NCBI GenBank assembly: GCA_951406725.2
Contig: OX597816.1
Span: 149,296,001-149,360,000, forward strand
Source of the DNA: Octopus vulgaris
Lineage: Eukaryota
DNA: 64,000 nt
Reading direction: 5' to 3'
Below, piece by piece: positions 54,350-64,000 of the stretch. A model generated the notes under the pieces. It saw nothing but the letters and a program-made list of their open reading frames with translations. It was not told the origin of the DNA and did no database searches. The number at the start of each line of letters is the position of its first letter. Position 1 is the first letter of the stretch. The translations under genes were made by a program, and so were the position numbers.

Positions 54350-54589
54350 CGTGTATATTACGAGTCTGAAAGTTATCTAATTCCAGAAATGCGAAAGGAA
54401 ATTGCAAAGAGAAACATTACCAGTGAAATGGCAGTGAAAATCAACATTGTCAGTCTCTCGCTTAATTCAGATTTCGACCGGTTTATCCGATATCTGATTT
54501 TAACGAATGCATGTATATACGTGTGTGTGTGTGTGTCTCTAAATATGCATCTTTAAGATTTACGTTAATATATATAAATATATATCATC

Positions 54590-55085
54590 ACCTTCATTTA
54601 ACGTCCGTTTTCCATGCTGGCATGGGTTGAATGGTTTGACTGGTAAGCTGGGGAGCTGCACCAGGTTCCAGTCTGATTTGGCACGGTTTCTGTGGCTGGA
54701 TGCCCTTCCTAACGCCAACCACTCCAAGAGTGTAGTGGGTACTTGTTATGCGACACTGGCATTGGCCACACTTATGATTTCACTTGGCTTGATGGTCTCC
54801 TCATATCGCCAAAGGTCTTGGTCACTTGTCATTGCCTCTGTGAGGCCCAATGTTTGATGGTCATGCTTCACCACCTTGTCCCATGTCTTCCTGGGTCTAT
54901 CTCCTCCACACATTCCCTCCACTGTTAGAGTTTGGTACATTTTCACACAGCTGGCCTCATCCGTGCACGTCACATGACCATACCAATGCAGTCGTCTCTC
55001 TTGCACACCACATCTGATGCATCTTATGCCCAACTTTTCTCTCAAGACACTGTTGTGCATTCACACTGACATTACACATCCAGCT
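54590..55085 (-). mobile_element. RTE-clade LINE 3' end
   Basis: LREKLGIR...QERRLHWYGHV...VEG...RPRKTW. Confidence 0.8.
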
Positions 55086-55179
55086 TCATTTCTTTCAAAT
55101 CTGCAATCAATTTTACATCTGACACGTGACACACTGTACACCAGTACAGGTAAATACTCTTTTGATAGAGAGAGTGTGC

Positions 55180-56330
55180 ATTGTGCATCGTCCAGGAATG
55201 ATGGCATATCAGCTGAGGTATATGAATATGGTAGCAGTCACCTGCAGAACAAGTTACGTGAACTCTTAATCTGGGAATTAAGATCAGTCCCACAGGAGTT
55301 TAAAGATACCTTTATTGTCCATCTTTATACGCATAAAGGCAACAAATGTGAAAGTGACAACCATAGAGGTATCTCCCTTTTGTGTGTTGCTGGGAAGATC
55401 CTTAGAAAGTTTATCTTAAACAGACTAAATGATGCCCTTGCCAGCTTAGTGTTGCCTGAATCTCAGCATAGATTTTGGGCTGGTAGAGGCACAGTAGATG
55501 TGATTTTTAGCCTAAGGCAGCTGCAGGAAAAGGTTTGTGAGCAGAACCAAGAACATTTTGTTACTTTTGTAGATCTAACTGAAGCTTTTGACACTATATC
55601 TAGGGATGTTCTTTTGGTTGTCCTTAGAAAGCTAGGTGTTCCCAAAAAGATGCCCAATGTCATCATTTCTTTCCATCAAGGGATGATGGCTTCTGTCAGA
55701 TCTAGCGGGTAAGTGTCCGATTCATTCACAGTTTCAAATGAGATGAAACAAGGCTGTGTTCTTGCACTGCTCTTATTTGCTTTGTATTTCTCCATCATGT
55801 TGGAAACAATGTTTGTGGGTGTTAAAAAAGGAGAAAAGTTTGAGTACAGAACTGGTGGTGGCTTGTTCAACCAACTGCACTTCAAAGCAAAAACTAAGAT
55901 TTTGGTACAAGCAGTTCAAGATTTGCTCTTTGCAGATGATTGTGCACTTGTAGCATACACTCTTGAGGACATACAATGGATTCTAAACAACTTTTCATGT
56001 GCATCGAAGGCTTTTGATCTGACCATCAGCATCAAAAAAACTGATCTTGTCCATCTGCTCATTCTTGACCATCTTCCCACTGTTGCCCCTATTGTATATG
56101 TTGATGGGAAAGCATTAAAAACTGTTCTTGGTTCCATTGTGTCCAATGATGCTAAGATGGATAAAGTAATTGTGTCCAGAATCAGGAAGGCTAATTCCAC
56201 TTTTGGTAAGCTTTATCATAGGCTTTGGAACAGCCACAACGTATTGTTGAAGGTGAAAGTCAATGTAAAGAAGTCAGAGGTCTTGACAACATTGCTTTAT
56301 GGTGCTGAATCTTATGAACTTTTCAGCTGA
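55180..56330 (+). mobile_element. RTE-clade LINE reverse transcriptase, disrupted
   Basis: DGISAEVY...NHRGISLL...LPESQ..F..GRGTVD...FVDLTEAFD, stop, KQGCVLA...LLFADDC...LLYGAES. Confidence 0.9.
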
Positions 56331-58118
56331 TCCTCACATATATATATACATAGGTTTGGTGATGATAAGTGTTAATGCACAAAACTCTTGGCCTTTGAAT
56401 TAACAACCTCAGAATGCTGAACCATTCAGACGAGATGACAAAAGACTGAGATACCTAGCACTTTGCTATACTGAAGAAGACTTGTACTCTACAGCAGAAG
56501 TATTAAGGCTGCATCTCTTGGTGAAGAGGCCCAGCTTGTAAGAGTCCTGTGCTGGTTCTATGTAAAAAGCACTTGTGCCAGTGCCATGTAAAAGCACTCA
56601 GCACACACTGTAAAGTGGTTGGCATTAGGAAGGGTATTCAACCATAGAAACCAAACTAAATCAGACTGGAACCTGGTGCAGCTCTCTGGTTAAATCATCC
56701 AACCCTTGCCAGCATGGAAAACAGTCATTAAAGGATGATGATGGTGATAATGAAATATACACTCACACACACACTCACACACACACACACTCGCATGCGC
56801 GCACACACACACACACACGTCATCATCATCATTTAATGTCCATGTTCCATGCTGGCATAGGTCGAACAGTTTGACAGGATCTGATGAGTCAAGGACTGCA
56901 TCATGCTCCAGTGTCAGCTTTAGCATGGTCTCTACAGTTGCATCTTCATAAAACCAACCACTTCACTGTGTGTACTAGATGCTTCTTTTCAATGAGCACT
57001 AGTGAGGTTACCATGCAGCTTGCAAGGCTACATACCTTGAGTGAGAAGGAGGAACCTTATGTTAGGAGAATAAAGAATAGAGAGGAATAAAGTATGAGGG
57101 AAAAGGGCTGGAGCTGAACAGGTTTCTTGCTATATGATCACTCATGTTTTAGATGAGAGGTGGAAATTGGAGATAAAGTGTCAGAGTGGACCTTGATGGT
57201 ACAAGGTGGGTAGGAATGAGTGAGACAGAGGTGCTAGGAGTGAATGAGAAGAGTAAGAGAACCAGCATGGCCACAGCTCTGAGCTGAAACTACAAAGAAA
57301 ATATTTTATCAAACTCAGATGGATGGAAAACAAGTGCGACTTCAGCTGGATTTGGACTCAGGATGTACCTTAGCTCACTCCTTCCATCAAATCGACACTG
57401 CCTGAAGAGGTGAATGGTGTACCATATGTCAGGTGTTAAAGTGATCACAGAGCAATGCGAGATGAAGTGTTTTGCTTAAGAACACAACGCACCATTTGGT
57501 CTAGGTATTGAAACCATAATTTCGCAATTATGAATACAACACAATCATAAGGTCATGATTTAATAGTAATGATGATGATAATAATAATAATAATAATAAT
57601 AATGGTTTCTAATTTAAGCACAAGACGGGTGATTTTAAATGGAGAAGGGAGCTTAGCTCATACCCAGTCCAACTCAGCAGTTGACATATTTATTTTACCA
57701 ATCTTGAAAGCATGAAAGGTAAAGTTGATCTTGCTGGGACTTGAATGCAACCCGAAGAAAGCTGGAATAAATACAGTTATAAATATTCTATTTGATGTTC
57801 CAGTGATTCTATCAGTCTATCACCTTCAATGACAATAATCCTTTGGGAGGGGGATAGGTCATTACATTGGCCCTAGTGCTCAACTGGTACTTATTTTATC
57901 AACTCTGAAAGGACAAAAGCAAAGTTCACTTTGGCAGCATTTGAAGTTAGAATGTAAAGTTGGAAGAAGTGCTTTAAACATTTTGTTGCTAAGCATTTCT
58001 GATACCTGACTCAAATGTATCAACAGTATTTGACTTGTCAATAAAACAAAGCCACTTCTCAGTAGAAAACTGCATTTTTTCCATGTAATTGCTAAAATAA
58101 ATAAACTTTAACACTTAC

Positions 58119-58295
58119 CATCATAAAGTTTTTATGTTTCTTTACATAACGGATTAATGTTGTTTTTGGAATGCTAAATATTTTAGAAGCTTTCATGTAA
58201 CCCAGCTCTCCTTTCAAGACAGCCATAATAGCTCCTTGAAGATTTTCTTTGTGCCATGAACCCTGTTGTGTTTTTCTGCAATAATTCCTCACCAT
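58119..58295 (-). CDS. Pipsqueak-type HTH (HTH_psq) DNA-binding exon
   Basis: MVRNYCRKT...W.KENLQGAIMAV..G.LGYMKASKIFSIPKTTLIRYV. Acceptor TTATTATTTTCAG| directly before the ATG; phase-0 donor ATG|GTAAGT; 177 nt. Confidence 0.88.
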
Positions 58296-59489
58296 CTGAA
58301 AATAATAAGCAATTGCATAATTGTTTTAACTGATAAATCATAATAGTTATTTAAAAAAGATATTTCATTTTTAAATATTTCAACTATGAATTATATTATC
58401 TAAGTGACCTGATTTTGAGTCAAGCATTGCTTACCTCTGTAACAAAAATATAAAAAATAATAATAATATGTACAAATGTACAGAACCACCATGAATGTTC
58501 TTAAAATTTTGTTACCAAAGCAACTTTGGACTAACAATGTAAAGGGATGCATGCAACAAAATATAGTAGTATTTTGTCTACCATTCTACTAATTTTATCA
58601 ATCTATTGGCCTTAATAACACTACCAACAACAACAACAATGATAATAATAATAATGGTTTCACATTTTGGCACAAGGTCAGCAAGTACTGTCTGTCAAGT
58701 CACAAGGACCTCAGACAGACAGTACTTTATGCAGTATGTTCCAAGTAGAGCTGATTTTTTGCAAATATGGAGACCTGAAAATTGAGATCACCAAGATGTG
58801 GCAGCTGTGAGAGTCAAATGTAAAGGTTGTCCTTGTTATCATCAGAACACTGAATTCAATGCTACCCAACCTGAAAAAACGTCTGGACACTTTAGAAAGT
58901 TCGATTACATCAACCCCAGTGATCATCCATCATCATCATCCAGTGTTTTAAATCCAGGTTTTGTCCCAGTTAACGGGGATGGCTGGATCTACCTCAATGC
59001 CATAGCAACTGAGGTAGGCAGGTGCAGCCCACCCCTACCTTTGGGCTGGCTGGTGCCCTTTCTTCTTTGCTATCATGAGGCTTTTTTGGAGCTGGATTTT
59101 CTGTGGGGAGCATGCCCTTGCTTACCCGCAACCTTAGTTTCTGGACATGAGTGGTCCTGAGACCAAGGCCTCTACCACAATTTTTAAGAAATTTGTTGGA
59201 AAACTAGCTCAGGAAGGCAGTACTTGCTGACTTTGTGCCAAAATGTGAAACCATTATTATTATTATCATTGTTGTTGTTGGTAGTGTTATTAAGGCCAGT
59301 AGATTGATAAAATTAGTAGAATGGTAGAAGCTATTTATTTTATTGACTCGGACAGGATGGCAGGTAAAATCCACCTAGGCAGAATTTGAACTCAGAATAT
59401 GAAGATGGATGAAATGATGCTAAGCATTTTGCCCAGCATGCTAATGATTCAGCCAACTCATGCCAGATCAGCATATTATCACAAAAAAA

Positions 59490-59790
59490 AGAGAAAAGGT
59501 CAATCAATATGGAGACCTGAAAATTGAGATCATTAAGATGTGGCAGCTGTGAGAGTCAAATGTAAAGGTTGTTCCTGTTGTCATCAGAGCATTGGGTTCA
59601 ATACCACCCAACCTGAAGAAACATCCAGAAATATCCTACAATCATGGTGTTTTGCAAAAAATTAGCTTTACTTGGAACATACTGCATAACATACTGTCTG
59701 TCTGAGGTCCTTGTGACTTGACAGACAATACAGATCCCTAGTACACACAATATCTTCAATCTACAATATAGGATACTGCATGATGTCTGC
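59490..59790 (+). mobile_element. R4/Dong-like non-LTR retrotransposon 3' end (restriction-like endonuclease region); partial duplicate at ~58765-58890
   Basis: YGDLKIEIIKMWQL...KVVPVVIRALGSIP...LQKISFTW remnant, followed by a (CAA)n tail. Confidence 0.65.
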
Positions 59791-62700
59791 AACAACAACA
59801 ACAACCCTTTCTACTATAGGCACAAGGCTTGAAATTTTGGGTGAGGGGACTAGCCTATTTAATCAACCCCAGTGTTTCACCGGTACTTAATTTATTGAAT
59901 AATAATAATAATCATATCACGCACATATGCATGTGCCTGGTGTACTCTTATCAGACAGGTAGTCATAATGGGTATATTGGGTTTCATGTATTTGTACCCC
60001 ACTGTCACTTTGATGGCATACATTGCTCTCTCACTCAATAATAGTATAATCCTTTCTAGTATAGGCACAAAGGCTGAAACGTTAGAGGAGGGCGTTAGTT
60101 GATCACATTGATCTCAATGCTTGACTGGTACTTAATTTATCAACCCTGAAAGGATGAAAGGCAAAGTCAACATCAGTGGTATCAGAACATAAAGCTGGAT
60201 GAAATGCCATTAAGCATTTTGTTCAGTACAGTAATGATTCTGCCAGCACCCTGCCTTATAATAATAATAATAAAGATTATGATGATAATGATAATTTCTT
60301 TTATAGGCCACAAGGACCCAAGACATGGAGGACAATATCAAAGGACAAGATACAACACACAAAAACAGGTAGGGTTTGCATTCATCAAAGGTAGACACTG
60401 CAAGATTAAAGGCTGTAGCAAAGGATATATAAATAGAAATTAGAGAAATAAATAAATAGAATCCCGAAGAGCAGTGCAGTCCACTTAGGGTAATTCAGAA
60501 AACTTCATGCAAAAGACCCAGATTACTCTGCCATCTCCAAGGCATGGGGAGTGCCCTCTTCCAGTTTCTTTCCTCCTACTTAGAAAAGCATAGTCACTGT
60601 AGATCCATTCAGTCACACCAGACTTGCCACTCTTGTCCACCTTTTGATAAACATACTAGATGGCAGCACCTCCCTCTTCAATGATATTTGAAAAAATTGA
60701 TTAAAACTTGACCAGATAGTAAAGTGCTTATCTTCAAACTTTTCAGATGGGTCCACCACACAGCCTCTTTTTCCTCAGCTAGAAGGGTAAAGACTCCTTT
60801 GGTCATGAATGATCATGAGTTTGCACCTGGAAAGTTCCCCTCCAAGACTCAAGTTTGGGCAAGTTTGTTTATGGAAGACCAGCAGCCACCCATGCATAAC
60901 AGCCTCCCCTCTTCACACCACCGATGTTATCCAAGAGAAAGGCAAAGGCTGATACAGCTTGGCACCAGTGATATTTCTACAGCTGAGCAACGTGAAATAC
61001 AGTGTCTTGCTCAAAAACTCAACACAGCCTGGCCTAGGAATCAAACTCACTACCACATGATTGTGAGTCTGACACTTTAACCACTGAGCCATGTACCTGC
61101 CTTCCATCTCTGCTAAAGGAAGGTGGTGCATTGATCTTCACTATACAGCTGGATTCATCTTACATGAGACAGCAACTGCTCAGCACAATGCTGCAGGTCT
61201 CTAATGCATGTATACTGAATGATTGCATGCTAGACAGTTTCATCTACCTGCATGCATCTTTGGCAGGTTCAGCTGTTGGCACTTCCATGCCTAATAATGA
61301 TAATAGTAATAATCAGAGAGCACAAACCTCTGCCAAGGCAACACCAACGATTAGCCAGAGATGATTTTTAAAATGAGAATATCTGAAATAAACTCAACTG
61401 CTCTCACAAACGAGAATACTAAAAATGAACCCAACTGCTCTCAAAAATTAAGTAAAAAAAAATGGAAAAATAATCCAGAATCCTTGTCCAGTACTGGATT
61501 GATCCCCAAATCTAATCATTTCATGCCAGTCATGAGGCCAAACATCCCTGAAAGTTTCATCTGAATCCATCCAGTGGTTCTTGAGATATCTAGTTCACAG
61601 AGAAACAAACAAATATGACTGAAAACAATACCTCTGCCTTTGCTAAGGTGGAGGTAATAATGATTTCAAATTTTGGTAGCAATTTTGAAGGTAGGGGATA
61701 AGTTGATTACATTGACTACTGTTCTACTGGTCCTTATTTTGTCGACCCCGAAAGGAGGAAAGGCAAAGTTGACCTCAGCAACATTTGTCAAAGTGATGCT
61801 GAGGTACAAATATATGAAACCCAATATACTCATCACGACTACTGTCTGATAAGGAAGGGTACACCAGGCATCACAACAATACATGTGCAACAAGGTGATC
61901 TTGTATCAAGATAAGCAGCACATGATCTTGTACAGTTAGAAATTTCTTCAGGTCGAGTAGTCTATCCTGCTCAAAAAGTCTCTGAATAAGGGTTGTTTAA
62001 TAATGATGATAATTCATTCCAGAGGTGAATTATTCAAACTCCAAAGAATTCCTCTCAACAATGCTATTTCCAACAGTTTGAACAGTTTATGAGAGACTTT
62101 TTTTGTGGGCCTTCTTGACTAAACTGATGGACATACAAAATTCAAATCTCAAGATGTTCCTATTACTTTTGTTTACAGGAAAAGATGTGACAGACTATTA
62201 GTGGTTCATTTCAGTGATAAATTATTTGAAGTCAACTGATTAATATGAATGCTTGTGGCCGTGAAGCAAGAAGCTTCCGTTCCAACCACATGGTTCTGGG
62301 TTCAGTCCCACTGCGTAGCACCTTATGCAAGTATCTTCTACTACAGCCTCAGGCTGACCAAATACTTGAAACTGTAAGAAGCCTGTCATGTGTGTGTGTG
62401 TATGTATGTGTGTGTCTTTGTGTCTGTGTTTGTCCCTCTACACCACTTGACAACCGGTGTTCGCGTGTTTTATGTTTACGTCCCCGTGACTTAGCGGTTC
62501 AGCAAAGGAGACCGATAGAATAAGTACAAGGCTTAAAAATAAGTCCTGGAGTAGATTTGTTCGACTAAAACCCTCGAAGGTAGTGCCCCGATATGGCCAC
62601 AGTCAAATGACTGAAACAAGTAAAAGAATAGAATAAGCATGTTTTGACATTTATTACCCAAATTACATTGCAGGGGAGATAACTTTACTAACGCTATTAA

Positions 62701-63599
62701 CAAGTTTACAAAATAGCTTTCAAAGCACTTTTCAGATATTTAATCCCATGTTGAATAAAATTAGGTCTGAAAGTAGGAAGGAAAAAAAATCTAATCTAAA
62801 ATCCTCGTATAACAATGGACAGAAAAAATTGTTTTCTATTTTAGAAATAACGATGACCGAAAAGTAGAAGATCGCCTCAAATATATGTAAATGAATTTTG
62901 TGTCAATGTGATTGTGTACATAATATTGTTAAACACATTTTAATATCTAATAAATTATTACAACAATGATGTTTTTAAAAATTAATGATTGGCCTTTTCA
63001 ATAATATCTGGGGACCTGATTTTCCTATTTTTGGGAATTGTGTATAAGCGTATCTACATTGTATCTACTTGTATTACCTTTGATAGGTTTTGAAACTTTA
63101 CATTTCACTTTCAGTAGCATCACTTCAACGTATAGCTTTGTTATCTTTCCACTCTACAGAATTATGAACTTTTTAGTACTATCATTATTGAGTGAGAAAG
63201 TAATGCATGCCACCAAACTGACACTGGAATACAAATATAAGATGCCCAATATATCCATCATGACTACCCGCCTGATAAGGGTACACCATGCACATGCATC
63301 ACAATCATATGTGCGCAACACGATGATCTTATATCAAGATAAACAGCGTATGACCTTACAACCGGGGCCCAGTTAGAATTTTTTCTTTTTTTTTTTTTTG
63401 ACCTCGAGTAAATCGAATTTTTATTTTCATATATAACATATAAACATGTGCATGTTTTAGAACATTGTCATTTTATAAAATTTTACTGGCAAATTTTAAA
63501 ATTAAGATAGATATTTATTTACATGAAAAAAAATTACCGGAGAACTTTCATTTAATTTTTCCAAATCTTTCTGTTAAAACTATTTGTGGGGAATTTGTT

Positions 63600-64000
63600 T
63601 TATTACAGCAACTGGTCGCACACCACAAGGTTTAACGGAACCTACTGAAGCAAACCAGCATTACCACGGGCGATGGCGAGGCTAAGGACGTTGGGAAAGC
63701 CAAGCGCCCTTACTGGTATCACCTCACACCCTAGTGAGGCGAGCTGCCAACGTTGACAAGAACTTCGCGGTTAGTGGCCCAGTTCCTCCGAACGTCTCAA
63801 ATGCCACAAATTGGAAGAAATAGTTCACTGTCAGGTCCCGATACTTCAGGGTTTTCTTCCGTTCGGTTACGGAAGCAGTGACCCTCCCATTAACTGCTGC
63901 ATCCAGGATGTGGGAGGAAGCAAAGGAGTCGCAGACTGTGGCATCCGAAATGAGGTACCTACCTCTAACCCAGGGACAGAGGGTAAGACTATCTAGTCTC
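63600..64000 (-). mobile_element. CRE-like non-LTR retrotransposon 3' end (restriction-like endonuclease), truncated by window edge
   Basis: DATVCDSFASSHI...ERKKTLKYRDL..NYFF..VAFETFG..GP....FL..LA.RL...GD....WLSQR on the minus strand. Confidence 0.7.

Noticed and set aside
3505-58295. Reading the DNA-binding ORFs as ordinary dead transposon fragments
   Set aside because: Does not explain the uniform strand, clean frames, donors right after each domain, phase partition or synonymous-biased divergence. Not formally excluded without RNA data.

Overview
AT-rich, intron-rich animal DNA. The SINE families, RTE/CR1/Dong/CRE LINE fragments and (TA)n/(CA)n/(TAA)n microsatellites suggest a cephalopod, probably Octopus; this assignment is inferred. 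About half the window is decayed transposon sequence. The main signal is an array of about 10-11 short minus-strand exons. Each carries an ATG and encodes a transposase-type DNA-binding domain: THAP x4, Brinker-type HTH x2, FLYWCH x2, CENP-B/Tigger HTH, pipsqueak HTH, and probably a Tc1 paired-like HTH. None has an intact catalytic domain, and nearly all end at a GT splice donor just after the domain. Distal exons (28-58 kb) end in phase 0 and proximal exons (3.5-15 kb) end in phase 1. A 40-nt phase 0-to-1 exon (26210-26249) lies between the two groups. The simplest model is one gene with interchangeable N-terminal DNA-binding-domain exons spliced to shared constant exons left of base 1. This resembles a 5'-variable version of mod(mdg4)/lola, or the protocadherin/UGT1 layout, built from captured transposase domains. 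The constant region is not in the window and no transcript evidence is available, so the model is a hypothesis.
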